Origin: Aquabacterium sp.
GTDB taxonomy: Bacteria; Pseudomonadota; Gammaproteobacteria; Burkholderiales; Burkholderiaceae_C
Direction: 5' to 3'
DNA length: 64,000 nt
Assembly: GCF_048860245.1 (NCBI RefSeq)
Contig: NZ_JBLIZW010000035.1
Location: 5,882 to 69,881, forward strand
This document shows, piece by piece, positions 1 through 9,517 of the stretch (positions within the stretch are counted from its first letter, which is position 1; every line of letters starts with the position of its first letter). The notes below the pieces were generated by a model. It searched no databases. It was not told where the DNA came from and saw only the letters and a program-made list of their open reading frames with translations. The position numbers were made by a program, and so were the translations under genes.

Positions 1-2712
1 GTGTCGGAGCGCACGGCCCGGCTGGAAGAAGCCAAGAGCGAATTGGAAGCGCGCACCGAAGCGTTGCGTCGCGCGCACGACGAGCTCAACGCGATTTTTG
101 AAGCGGCGACGGTGGGCATCGTGGTGGTGCACGAGCATCAGATCCTGCGGTGCAACCGCATGCTGGAGATGATCTTTGGCGTGCCGGTAGATGGCTTCGT
201 GGGGCAGACCACCCGTGTCTTGCATCATTCGGATCGGGACTATCAGGAAACGGTCCAGATGATCGATGCCACGATCAATCAGGGACAGGTTTACCGCAAC
301 GAGCAGCTGATGCAGCGCCGCGACGGTTCAACTTTCTGGGCGCGGATCAAGGCGTCACGGTTTGCGATCGGCGATGCCGACAACGCCATCATCTGCATCA
401 TCGAGGACGTGAGTGCAGAGCGTCGTGTGGCCCACGAGTTGCAGCAGGCCAAGGATCAGGCCGAGAGCGCCAACCGGGCCAAGAGTGCCTTCTTGGCGAA
501 CATGAGCCACGAAATCCGCACGCCCATGAACGCCATCATTGGCTTCACGCATTTGATGCAGCGTGATGAGCTCAACGCCAGGCAGTCTCAGCAGGTGGAA
601 AAGGTGCAGGCAGCGGCCACGCATTTGCTGTCCGTGATCAACGACATCCTCGATTTCTCGAAAATCGAAGCCGGCAAGATGGTGCTGGAAGAGACCGACT
701 TCGAGCTGGAAGCGGTGGTGTCGCATCTCTTCGCCATGACCAGCGACAAGGCCGAAGCCAAGGGGCTGGAGATGGTTGCCCGCATTGATCACTTGCCTGC
801 CGTGCTGCATGGCGATGGCGTGCGGCTGGGACAGGTGTTGCTCAACTATGTGAGCAATGCGGTGAAGTTCACGTCGAAGGGCAGCGTGGTGCTCACGGGC
901 GAGGTGGTGAAGCGCGATGGCGCTCAGGCGCGCATTCGCTTTGAAGTGACGGACACCGGTATTGGTTTGAGCGAGGCGCAGCAGCGCGGCTTGTTCTCAG
1001 CCTTCCAGCAGGCGGATGCCTCGACCACACGCAACTTTGGTGGCACGGGTTTGGGCTTGGCCATTTCTCGCAAGCTGGCCGAGTTGATGGGGGGGCAAGT
1101 CGGGGTGCGGAGTCAGCCGGGCCAGGGCAGCACCTTCTGGATTGAAGTGCCTTTGACGGTGGTGACGCCTGCTGTGCATGCCACCATTCATTTGCTGGCA
1201 GACAACCGGGTGCTGGTCGTGGACGACGCAGCGGTGTCGCGTCAATTGCTGGCCGGCATGGTGGAGCACTTGGGCGCCAAGGTCGATCAGGCATCCAGTG
1301 GTTTCCAGGCGCTGGAGGCGATCTATCACGCTGATGCCGAAGGCCAGCCGTACCGATTGGTGTTGACCGACTGGTTCATGGCCGGCATGACAGGGGCAGA
1401 GTTGCTGGCCAACATCCGTCGTTCCAAGCTGACGCAGCAGCCTGTGTGTTTGCTGGTGTCGGGGTCGTCTGGCAATACGGCTGAGAGCCACGAGGATTTG
1501 AGTCAGTTTGCGGGCTTCTTGCACAAGCCGGTGATGCCAACTTTGCTGGCATCGACGGTGGCGCAAGCTTTGAACCTCCGGATGGCTGGCACAACGACCG
1601 GTGCGCAGACGGAACACGCGCAGGCTCTGCCGAGGTTTGCGCCGGGCCACCATGTGCTGCTTGCCGAAGACAATGTGCTCAACCAGGAAGTGGCCATGGC
1701 GCTGCTGTCCAGCATGGGCCTGGATGTGACCGTGGCCGAGGATGGCGAGGAAGCCATCAATGCCTTTGAAGAGGGCAGCTTTGACCTGGTGCTGATGGAC
1801 ATTCAGATGCCGCGCATGGACGGCCTGGAAGCGACCCGTCGCTTGCGTGCCATGCCGCAAGGCAAGGTGGTGCCGGTGCTGGCCATGACGGCCAACGTCT
1901 TTGCCGAGGACCGGGCGCAAGCGCTGGCCGCCGGCATGAATGACATGATCATCAAGCCTGTGGAGCCCCATTTGATGGCGCGGGCCCTGATGACCTGGAT
2001 GCCGGTGCACAACCCCAACGCGCCAGCACGGACCCATGCCGGTGGGCGGCCGCAGGAGTTTTCGCGTGCGGGACAGGTGCTGGATGCCTTGACGCATCAG
2101 GTGGCGCTGGATCAGGCGCGGGGCCTCAGCGTGTGCCTGGGTGACCGGGACAAGCTGTGGCACTTCCTGCAGATGTTTGCCGACGACCATGCCGAAGACG
2201 TGCTGCTGGCGCGTCGTGAGTGGCAGGGCGGTGACATGGCGTCCGCACAGCGACGGATTCACACCTTGAAGGGACTGGCTGGTACGCTGGGCTGGATCGA
2301 TCTGCAAGGTGAGTCGCTGTCGCTGGAGCAAATGCTCAAGTCGGGCGCGTCAGCACCAGCCATCGACGCGGGGCTGAACGAGTTGGCGCAGCGCTTGGAT
2401 CGCATCGTCAGCGCCACACGTCAGGCTCGCAAGCTGTTTGTGCATCAGGATGCGCCTGCCGCCCCGGTCATTCAAGGGGATCTGGCCGAGCCGTTGCACA
2501 CCTTGCGACGTTTGCTGTTGGCAGACGACCTGGATTCGGTGGATGCGTATCGGCGCATTCAGCCCACCTTGATGGCGGTGCCCGGATTGGACACATCGGT
2601 GGTGCGCCAGCTCAGTACGGCCATTGAGGATTTCGCTTTCCCGGATGCCATCCGTGCCCTGGATCAGCTGACGTCGAGCGAGCCCTTGCTGGGCCTGCTG
2701 CGCGGGCATTGA
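1..2712 (+). CDS. Hybrid sensor histidine kinase/response regulator (PAS - HisKA - HATPase - REC - REC - Hpt); 5' end probably cut by the window
   Basis: ORF is open from base 1 and begins in a coiled-coil/PAS-like segment. H-box SHEIRTPMNAIIGF and G2 box GTGLGLAISRKL are present. Two receiver domains (VLVVDDAAV...LTDWFMAGMTG and VLLAEDNVLN...LMDIQMPRMDG). C-terminal Hpt motif HTLKGLAGTLG. Confidence 0.9.
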   Translation: MSERTARLEEAKSELEARTEALRRAHDELNAIFEAATVGIVVVHEHQILRCNRMLEMIFGVPVDGFVGQTTRVLHHSDRDYQETVQMIDATINQGQVYRNEQLMQRRDGSTFWARIKASRFAIGDADNAIICIIEDVSAERRVAHELQQAKDQAESANRAKSAFLANMSHEIRTPMNAIIGFTHLMQRDELNARQSQQVEKVQAAATHLLSVINDILDFSKIEAGKMVLEETDFELEAVVSHLFAMTSDKAEAKGLEMVARIDHLPAVLHGDGVRLGQVLLNYVSNAVKFTSKGSVVLTGEVVKRDGAQARIRFEVTDTGIGLSEAQQRGLFSAFQQADASTTRNFGGTGLGLAISRKLAELMGGQVGVRSQPGQGSTFWIEVPLTVVTPAVHATIHLLADNRVLVVDDAAVSRQLLAGMVEHLGAKVDQASSGFQALEAIYHADAEGQPYRLVLTDWFMAGMTGAELLANIRRSKLTQQPVCLLVSGSSGNTAESHEDLSQFAGFLHKPVMPTLLASTVAQALNLRMAGTTTGAQTEHAQALPRFAPGHHVLLAEDNVLNQEVAMALLSSMGLDVTVAEDGEEAINAFEEGSFDLVLMDIQMPRMDGLEATRRLRAMPQGKVVPVLAMTANVFAEDRAQALAAGMNDMIIKPVEPHLMARALMTWMPVHNPNAPARTHAGGRPQEFSRAGQVLDALTHQVALDQARGLSVCLGDRDKLWHFLQMFADDHAEDVLLARREWQGGDMASAQRRIHTLKGLAGTLGWIDLQGESLSLEQMLKSGASAPAIDAGLNELAQRLDRIVSATRQARKLFVHQDAPAAPVIQGDLAEPLHTLRRLLLADDLDSVDAYRRIQPTLMAVPGLDTSVVRQLSTAIEDFAFPDAIRALDQLTSSEPLLGLLRGH

Positions 2713-2725
2713 GGGGCAGCACAGC

Positions 2726-4135
2726 ATGGCACGTGCGACGCAACCCATGGTGTTTGTGGACCTGGAAACCACGGGGGCCACGGCGACAGTGGACCGCATC
2801 ACCGAGATCGGCATCGTGGAGGTGGATGAGGATGGCGAGGTTCACCAGTGGTCAACCTTGGTGAACCCACAGACGCCGATCCCGTCGTTCATTCAGGGGC
2901 TGACGGGGATCACCGACAGCATGGTGGCCGACGCCCCGCTGTTTGAATCCGTGGCCGACGAGGTCATGGCCCGTTTGCATGGGCGCTTGTTTGTGGCGCA
3001 CAACGCGCGTTTTGACTACGGCTTTCTGAAAAACGAATTCAAGCGCTTGGGGCTGACCTTCAAGGCGCCGGTGTTGTGCACGGTGAAGCTGTCGCGCAAA
3101 CTGTATCCCCAGCATGCCAAGCACAGCCTGGATGCCTTGATCGAGCGACACGACTTGCACATGCCGGCTCGCCATCGTGCCTTGGCAGACGCCGATGTGT
3201 TGCGGCAGTTCTGGCAGGTGCTGGCGCGAGACGTTGACGCCGATGTGCTGGACAAGGCCGTGTCCGAGCTGACCGGGCGCAGCAGTTGGCCCACGCACCT
3301 TGACCCCGCGCTGCTGGACGATTTGCCCGAGAAGCATGGCGTGTACCGGTTTTACGGCGACAACGATTTGCCGCTGTACATCGGCAAGGCCAACAACCTT
3401 CGGCAGCGCATCTTGTCGCACTTCAGTGCCGACCATCGACTTGCCAAGGAGATGAGCCTGTCTCAGCAGGTGCGCCGCATTGACTGGATTGAAACGCCGG
3501 GTGAAATGGGCGCCTTGCTGACCGAGGCCCAGTTGATCAAGCGCTGGCAGCCCATTCACAACCGGCGTTTGCGCCGCAGTGATGAACTGTGTACATGGCG
3601 CTTGGTGCCTTGCCAGCATGATGATGAAGAAGGGCTGCGCCCCGAGCTGGCATGGGCCCGAGATCTGGATTGGGGGAGGCAAGACGCGGTGTATGGCCTG
3701 TTTGGCAGCCAACGCGATGCGCTCAAAACCTTGCGTGAATTGGCCGAGGACGCCCAACTGTGTCTGGCCACCATGGGGTTGGAGAAGGTGCAGTCCGGAC
3801 GCCCGTGTTTTGGCTATCAGCTCAAGCGATGCGGCGGTGCGTGCGTGGGCGAGGAGTCACTGAGCGCACACACAGCGCGCCTGCAGCGTGTGCTGGCCGA
3901 CTGGCAGGTACAGGTTTGGCCGTACGGTGGCCCCGTTGCGGTGAAAGAAGGCGCTGCCTGGCATATTCTGGATGCGTGGTGTTATCTGGGCACGGCCCGT
4001 TGCGAGGCGGATGTGGACCACTTGCTGGCACAGGGTCGCCCAACCTTTGACAAGGACACGTACAAGATCCTTGTCAGTTGGCTGCCCAAAATGGTGGTGG
4101 AACCGCTGGCAACCCAGCGTGAGACCTTGAGCTGA
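2726..4135 (+). CDS. DnaQ-like 3'-5' exonuclease fused to a GIY-YIG (UvrC/Cho-like) nuclease
   Basis: N-terminal DEDDh exonuclease motifs (FVDLETTG, FVAHNARFDYGFL, HRALADA). Followed by GIY-YIG (GVYRFYG...LYIGKANNLRQRILSHF) and a Cys-rich UvrC-like stretch (CFGYQLKRCGGAC). Confidence 0.85.
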   Translation: MARATQPMVFVDLETTGATATVDRITEIGIVEVDEDGEVHQWSTLVNPQTPIPSFIQGLTGITDSMVADAPLFESVADEVMARLHGRLFVAHNARFDYGFLKNEFKRLGLTFKAPVLCTVKLSRKLYPQHAKHSLDALIERHDLHMPARHRALADADVLRQFWQVLARDVDADVLDKAVSELTGRSSWPTHLDPALLDDLPEKHGVYRFYGDNDLPLYIGKANNLRQRILSHFSADHRLAKEMSLSQQVRRIDWIETPGEMGALLTEAQLIKRWQPIHNRRLRRSDELCTWRLVPCQHDDEEGLRPELAWARDLDWGRQDAVYGLFGSQRDALKTLRELAEDAQLCLATMGLEKVQSGRPCFGYQLKRCGGACVGEESLSAHTARLQRVLADWQVQVWPYGGPVAVKEGAAWHILDAWCYLGTARCEADVDHLLAQGRPTFDKDTYKILVSWLPKMVVEPLATQRETLS

Positions 4136-4146
4136 GGAGACTCGAT

Positions 4147-4923
4147 ATGTGGCGTGGGTGGCTAGGCTTGTTGTGGGCGTTGATGCCCGTGCTCGTGATG
4201 GCACAAGGCAGCATGAGCCGCATTCCCACGCGCAGCGGTGTCACCACGGCAGTTTTCTGGGCGCCTGCTCAGGCTGCCACTCAAACCGTGGTGCTGTTTC
4301 CGGGTGGGGGCGGTGGTTTTGGTCAAGTGGTGGATGGCTGGCCCAGCAGCAACAACTTTTTGGTGCGAAGCGGACGCGGCTTTCTGGCCCAAGGCATGAA
4401 TGTGGCGATCTTTGGTCGAGCCAGTGATTTGCCCGCAGAGGGCTATCAGAGCGGCGACCGCATCACCGCGTCTCACATGGAAGATGTGTCGGCCGTGCTC
4501 GCGTGGGTCCGCGCCCGCAGCAGCGCGCCTGTTTGGCTGATCGGGACCAGCATGGGCACGATTTCGGCCACGGCATCGGCCATCCATCTTCAGGATCAGG
4601 TTGCCGGCTTGGTGTTGACGTCGAGCATCGTGAATGTGCGTCGTCCTGGCGCGGTGCCCGCGCAGGATTTGGCCAAGGTGCGCGTGCCGACCTTGGTGGT
4701 GCACCACCGGCATGACGCGTGCGCCATTTGCTATCCCACCGATGTGCCCTTGATCATGAACGGCTTGACCCAGGCACCGGTGCGGCAGCTGAAGTGGGTG
4801 GAAGGCGGCAGCGAGCCGTCAGGCAACCCCTGCGAGGCTTTGCACTATCACGGCTTCATCGGGGTGGAAGCATCGACCGTGGACCTGATGGCCAAGTGGA
4901 TTCGTCAGCCGACAGGCGATTGA
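4147..4923 (+). CDS. Secreted alpha/beta-fold hydrolase
   Basis: GAGGAG RBS lies just upstream. N-terminal signal peptide (LLWALMPVLVMAQG). Nucleophile elbow GTSMG. Confidence 0.75.
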   Translation: MWRGWLGLLWALMPVLVMAQGSMSRIPTRSGVTTAVFWAPAQAATQTVVLFPGGGGGFGQVVDGWPSSNNFLVRSGRGFLAQGMNVAIFGRASDLPAEGYQSGDRITASHMEDVSAVLAWVRARSSAPVWLIGTSMGTISATASAIHLQDQVAGLVLTSSIVNVRRPGAVPAQDLAKVRVPTLVVHHRHDACAICYPTDVPLIMNGLTQAPVRQLKWVEGGSEPSGNPCEALHYHGFIGVEASTVDLMAKWIRQPTGD

Positions 4924-4949
4924 CGGCGCGGCCCCTCCGCCACTCACCT

Positions 4950-5837
4950 TCAGGCTGACAGCAGGAATTGCCGCACACGTTGTGCGGTGTCGGCCGGGGT
5001 TTCTTGCATGAAACAGTGCGTGCCCACAACCTCTTCGGTACTGATGTGGCGATTGACTTTGCGCAGGCGTGCCGCGCCTTCCAGCACAAAGGGGAAGGTG
5101 TCGTTGCCGTGAATCAGGTGCGTGGGCGTGCTGATGCGGCCCAGGTGTCCCCAAAGCTGCTCTGGCGCCGAGCTGAAGATTTCTGCTTCACGAGAGGGGC
5201 GGCACTTGAGCTCCACCCCGCCATCGTCTGCCGGCTTGAGCGCATGTTGCACAAAGGCGTGCAAGGCCTCAGCCGTCCAGGTCTTGTAGACGCCCCGGGG
5301 GCGGAGTTGCTCAAAGGCCTCTTCGCGGCTGGCCCAGTGGTGGCGGCGCGCACGGGCACTGCGTGCCAGGGGGGACAAGCGGGCGGTGTTGGTCAGGGTG
5401 GCCAGGGTTACGCCCAGGATCATGGCTGGGGAAAACAGCACAGGGTCCAGCAGCACGGCACGCTTGAACTGACGAGCGTGTTGCCCCAGGACCAGACTGG
5501 TCAACACGCCACCAAAGCTGTGTCCCAACGCGTAGTGGTCAACCTTGGCAAAGGCCTTACCTTGCTGATGCAGGGCCTCCATGGCCAGATCGGCATTGCG
5601 GTTCCAGCCGACAAACGGCCCGCCGTGATCGCTGTCGCCATGGCCTTGTGCATCAAACAGCCACAGATCGAAGTCGCGGCTCAGGTGCTGCAGCATGGGC
5701 GTGTAGGTGCGACCGCAAAAACCATTGCCATGCATGAAGTGCAGCAAGGGCTTGCCGCTGGGCGGGGTGTGCCAGCCGCGCAAAGTAAAGCCTTCGCGCG
5801 CGGTGTGGGTCCACTGAATCAACTGCATGGTCAACAA
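4950..5837 (-). CDS. Alpha/beta-fold hydrolase
   Basis: HGNGF oxyanion-type motif and GHSFGG nucleophile elbow. Same strand as, and 44 nt downstream of, the lipid-modification operon. Confidence 0.8.
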   Translation of the reverse strand: MLTMQLIQWTHTAREGFTLRGWHTPPSGKPLLHFMHGNGFCGRTYTPMLQHLSRDFDLWLFDAQGHGDSDHGGPFVGWNRNADLAMEALHQQGKAFAKVDHYALGHSFGGVLTSLVLGQHARQFKRAVLLDPVLFSPAMILGVTLATLTNTARLSPLARSARARRHHWASREEAFEQLRPRGVYKTWTAEALHAFVQHALKPADDGGVELKCRPSREAEIFSSAPEQLWGHLGRISTPTHLIHGNDTFPFVLEGAARLRKVNRHISTEEVVGTHCFMQETPADTAQRVRQFLLSA

Positions 5838-5881
5838 GGCCTGTCAAACGGAGCCCAGATTGTGCCAATAAGTGAGACGCC

Positions 5882-6307
5882 TTACCGGGTGGCAGACAGT
5901 CTCCGAGTCAGCCAGCGGATGAAGGCGCCCAACACGGGCACTTTGCTGTAGAGCTCTTCGGCGGGGTCCCAGTAGTCTCGGTGCAAGGCCACGCGGCCCT
6001 GTGCATCAAACAGGATGCGGGTGGCGCCGTGGATCACGAGCGGTGCATTGGCGCGCTGGAGATGGAAGTTCCAGGTCAGCCAGGCTTCGTCGCCTTGGGT
6101 GTGTGCGCTCAGTACCTCAAAGCGGGGCTCGGTCACGGTGTCGAACATGTGCGCAAACACGCGGGTGATGTCGCGGTGCCCGTGCACATCGTTGAACGGG
6201 TCTTTGAAGCGCGCGTCGGCCGCATAGATGTCCGGGATCTGCGTCAGGCTGGCCGGGGTGATCGATGCGTAGAACTGCGCGAGACGGGCGGTGCGAGGAT
6301 CAGTCAT
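5882..6307 (-). CDS. SnoaL/NTF2-like family protein
   Basis: Trimmed to ATG at 6307 (MTDPRTARLAQFY...), 17 nt after the SDR stop. Size and composition are typical of NTF2-like proteins found in this conserved cluster. Confidence 0.65.
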   Translation of the reverse strand: MTDPRTARLAQFYASITPASLTQIPDIYAADARFKDPFNDVHGHRDITRVFAHMFDTVTEPRFEVLSAHTQGDEAWLTWNFHLQRANAPLVIHGATRILFDAQGRVALHRDYWDPAEELYSKVPVLGAFIRWLTRRLSATR

Positions 6308-6324
6308 CTGTGTGGCCGGGCGGC

Positions 6325-7098
6325 TCAAAGCCCCGTGAATTGGCGAACAAGCGGGAAGTACAGCCGGTCGGGCAGCAAGCGCATCAGTTTGAGCCACCAG
6401 GTGAAGCGCTTGGGAAAGTGGATCTCCAAATCGCCAGCCTCCCAACCTTTCAAGATGGCTTGTGCCGCATCTGCCGGGCGGATCAAGGCGGGCATCTTGA
6501 ACTGATTTTGCGCGGTGAGCGGTGTGGCCACAAAGCCAGGGTTGATGATGGAGACGCCGATGCCCTCGTTGTGCAAGTCGAGGTACAGGGTGTCGGCCAG
6601 ATGTTGCAGGGCGGCCTTGGTGGGGCCGTAGGCCAAGGACTGGGGCAGGCCTCGGTAGCCGGCCACGCTGGCGACCAGACTGAGGTGACCATGGCCTTGG
6701 CGCTGCAAGATGGGCAGGACCACGGAGAGCATGTTCAAGGCGCCGGTGACGTTGACATCCTGATGGCGCAGAGCTTCGGTGAGATCAAAGTTAGTGGCGC
6801 GCATGGCTTTGTAATGGCCTGCGCAGTACATGATCAGATCCATGCGCCCCGCAGTTTGCACGATGGTTTGAGCGGCGTGCGCCATGGCGGCTGCATCGGT
6901 CACGTCCAGCGGCAGGGCCGTGCTGCCAGGGTGCTGTGCAGCAAAGGCGTGCAGTGCGGTGGCTGACCTGGCCGAGACAAAGACCTTGGCGCCTTGCGCA
7001 TGCAGCGCGGCCGCCGTGGCTTCACCAATGCCACTGGATGCACCGATGAGCCAGATGACCTGGCCAGGCCACTGATGGATGCGAGGGTTCATGGACAT
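6325..7098 (-). CDS. Short-chain dehydrogenase/reductase (SDR)
   Basis: Trimmed to ATG at 7098 (MSMNPRI...). Rossmann motif GASSGIGEA. Downstream SDR catalytic-type region (SVAGYRGLPQSLAYGPTKAAL). Confidence 0.85.
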   Translation of the reverse strand: MSMNPRIHQWPGQVIWLIGASSGIGEATAAALHAQGAKVFVSARSATALHAFAAQHPGSTALPLDVTDAAAMAHAAQTIVQTAGRMDLIMYCAGHYKAMRATNFDLTEALRHQDVNVTGALNMLSVVLPILQRQGHGHLSLVASVAGYRGLPQSLAYGPTKAALQHLADTLYLDLHNEGIGVSIINPGFVATPLTAQNQFKMPALIRPADAAQAILKGWEAGDLEIHFPKRFTWWLKLMRLLPDRLYFPLVRQFTGL

Positions 7099-7114
7099 GA
7101 TGGGGCTCCAGACC

Positions 7115-7669
7115 TCAGAGCTTGGTGAACGACAGCGTGACTTCGCCGAGCTGAATGCCAAACTTGCTCATGACAGCCTTGTTCAGCATCGTGCGTTCGT
7201 CGATGAGGTACATCCAGTCCTCGAAGTTGACGTGCCAAACACGACCATCCACCGGGAGCGCCAGGGTGTAAGACCACTGCAAGGCGTTGCCCGCACTGTG
7301 CCCCTGCGCCGTCCCCACCACGTCGTCGGCTCGGCCCTCGTAGCGGCCACCGCCCAGATCAGTCAGTCGCCAGATGCGGCGTTGTGTGCTGCCATCGCTG
7401 TAGGTGAATCGCTCGTCCAGCGTGCCTTGCGTGCCGCTCCATTGGCATTGGATGTCCACCACAAAGCGTTTGACCACCTTGCCTTGGCGATCGGTGAAGA
7501 TGCCTTGTGCGCGGACGGGGCCATTGAAGTAAGTGCGCAGATCGAGCGTGGGCGTCTCGCTCGCGTAGTCCTGCACCTTGGGGCCCGCGCAGCCAGTGAG
7601 GCCGAGCAAGGCCAACACCATCAGCCAGGCATGCAGGTAGGGCTTCAGGGCGAATGTCAGTCGATTCAT
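7115..7669 (-). CDS. DUF3833-type lipoprotein (lipocalin-like)
   Basis: Trimmed to ATG at 7669, which overlaps the MFS stop (ATGA). Lipobox LLGLTGC follows a hydrophobic signal. Confidence 0.7.
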   Translation of the reverse strand: MNRLTFALKPYLHAWLMVLALLGLTGCAGPKVQDYASETPTLDLRTYFNGPVRAQGIFTDRQGKVVKRFVVDIQCQWSGTQGTLDERFTYSDGSTQRRIWRLTDLGGGRYEGRADDVVGTAQGHSAGNALQWSYTLALPVDGRVWHVNFEDWMYLIDERTMLNKAVMSKFGIQLGEVTLSFTKL

Positions 7670-8922
7670 GACAGTCCTTTCAGTACAGGGTGACGTCGCG
7701 CCCCGGCCCACAGCAAGGCCAGCGCCACGAGTTTGAACAGGCAGGGCAAGAGGCCATAGCTCAAGGCCAGCGCCAGTTGGTCGGTGTCGGTGCGGCGTGC
7801 GGTGACGTAGCCGCTCCACTCCAGCAGGGGCAATGCCAGGCCAGAGGCCAGTGCCAGGTTCAGTTTGTTGGCACTGGTCCACCAGCCAAAGAAGCTGCCT
7901 TCAGCCTGTTGCCCCAGGCCTGAGCGGTGAATGAGGTGGGTCAGCAACGCGCCCGGGACGGCCAGATCAGCGCCCAGCGCCAACCCGGTGAGTGCACACA
8001 CGATGGCAAATGCAGTTGTGTCGCCGGTGCTCAGCCAAGGCACCGCGCAGAAGGCCAGCACGCTGGTCGCCATGCCGAGCATCCAGACACGGGCCAGGCC
8101 CCAGCGACCAATCAGTCGCAGCCAGAGGGGCATCCCCAGGCCCGCCGCCACAAAGTAGATCAGCAGGAAGGCGGGCTCCCAGCTGGGGGCGTTCAGGGTG
8201 TCACGCACAAAGAAGGGCAGCAGCGTGGCGGGGATGGCACTGGCTGTGCCATTGAACAGGAAGACCACGAGCAGCGCATTGAACGCGGGGAGTTGCCACG
8301 GCCTGGGCAAGGGCGGGGCAGGCGGCAGGCTGTGCGTCGCGACCGGGCTTGCTGCATGCAGGTGGGCGGTGCGCTTCAGGCACAGCAAACCGATGCACAG
8401 CAGCAACATCAGCGTGATGCTGAGCGCGGCGTAGCCCAGCCACAGTGGAAGCAGGCTGGCGGCAATCACACCCAGCAACGCCGCACCTTCACGTGCAGAG
8501 ACCCATGCGGCTTGGGCCTGAGGGCTGCCCCCCCATCGAGCGGCCCAGGTCATGTGAACCATGGCAACGATGCTGAAGCCGATGTACGTGCACACCAGCA
8601 TGACCCCCAGCCAGAGCCACAACGCCGTAGAACCCATGTGCCACGGCATCCACAGTGCGGCAAATCCGATCCCTACGGCGATGGCGCCGACGACGGCGAC
8701 GCGCCAGGCCCGTAGGGTGGATTGGGCAAACAGGCGATCAACCCAGCGGCCGATGAAGGGGTCGAGTGAGGCGTCCAGCAAGCGGGTGAGCAGCAGGAGC
8801 AGGCCCAGTGAACTCAGCGCCAGTGCGTAGTGCTCTGCGTAATAGCGTGGCAGGGCCACGTACAGCGGCAAAGACAGAAAGGCCAGTGGCGCGCCCAGCA
8901 GTCCGTATTGCCACGTGCGCAT
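7666..8922 (-). CDS. MFS-type transporter
   Basis: 418 aa, very hydrophobic, with about 12 predicted helices. Located between the chalcone-isomerase-like and DUF3833 genes. Confidence 0.8.
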   Translation of the reverse strand: MRTWQYGLLGAPLAFLSLPLYVALPRYYAEHYALALSSLGLLLLLTRLLDASLDPFIGRWVDRLFAQSTLRAWRVAVVGAIAVGIGFAALWMPWHMGSTALWLWLGVMLVCTYIGFSIVAMVHMTWAARWGGSPQAQAAWVSAREGAALLGVIAASLLPLWLGYAALSITLMLLLCIGLLCLKRTAHLHAASPVATHSLPPAPPLPRPWQLPAFNALLVVFLFNGTASAIPATLLPFFVRDTLNAPSWEPAFLLIYFVAAGLGMPLWLRLIGRWGLARVWMLGMATSVLAFCAVPWLSTGDTTAFAIVCALTGLALGADLAVPGALLTHLIHRSGLGQQAEGSFFGWWTSANKLNLALASGLALPLLEWSGYVTARRTDTDQLALALSYGLLPCLFKLVALALLWAGARRHPVLKGLS

Positions 8923-8926
8923 GGTG

Positions 8927-9499
8927 TCAGTCCTGCAAGCCGAGCAGGCTCAGGCGCAGGCCGGGCGCGGACGTCTTGGGCGACAGCCAGATGCCAAAGA
9001 ACAGGCGGGCATAGTCCTTGTCCTGGATGGCTGCGGTCTCTTTGCCATTGAAGAAGAAGCGCACACCGCCCTTGCCATCGTGAACGCCGGTCAGCCGGTC
9101 GTTGGCCACGACACTGGGAAATGCCTGATTCATCAGCGCTTGCCAGGTTCGGGCTTGTGCCTCGCTGAAGTCGCCCACCCGACGCATTTCGGCAATGGAG
9201 CGCTCGGCAATGGCGGGGCCATCGAGCTTGCGCGCGTAGGCCAGCTCCAGCGCGAACGGCGACTGGTCGTAGCGATGGGGGTCGAAGCCGCTGGCCGTCC
9301 ACAGTCGGGCTTCGTACACCTGAAGGCCAAAGAAGCGCAGCGTGGCGCGGCCCAGCAGTTGACTCTTGGGGAGCACGGCGCTGGTTTCTGGTGGTGCGCT
9401 GGTGGTGGTCGCAGTCATGGCTTGGGTGTGGGTGAGCGTGAGGGCTGCCAATGTGCCGATGGCTTGGCGGCGAGAAAGGGGCGGGCGCGTGTGGCGCAT
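8927..9499 (-). CDS. Chalcone isomerase-like family protein, exported
   Basis: N-terminal Tat-like signal (SRRQAIGTLAALTL). The body resembles bacterial chalcone-isomerase-like proteins that co-occur with CFA-synthase clusters (assignment from memory of the family). Confidence 0.6.
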   Translation of the reverse strand: MRHTRPPLSRRQAIGTLAALTLTHTQAMTATTTSAPPETSAVLPKSQLLGRATLRFFGLQVYEARLWTASGFDPHRYDQSPFALELAYARKLDGPAIAERSIAEMRRVGDFSEAQARTWQALMNQAFPSVVANDRLTGVHDGKGGVRFFFNGKETAAIQDKDYARLFFGIWLSPKTSAPGLRLSLLGLQD

Positions 9500-9517
9500 G
9501 GCGTGTGCACTCCCTGT

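Noticed and set aside
2600-2725. Looked for a LexA/SOS box (CTGT-N8-ACAG) upstream of the Cho-like exonuclease/GIY-YIG gene.
   Set aside because: No match is visible in the last about 125 bp of the kinase gene or in the 13-nt spacer. A PWM scan further upstream would be needed.
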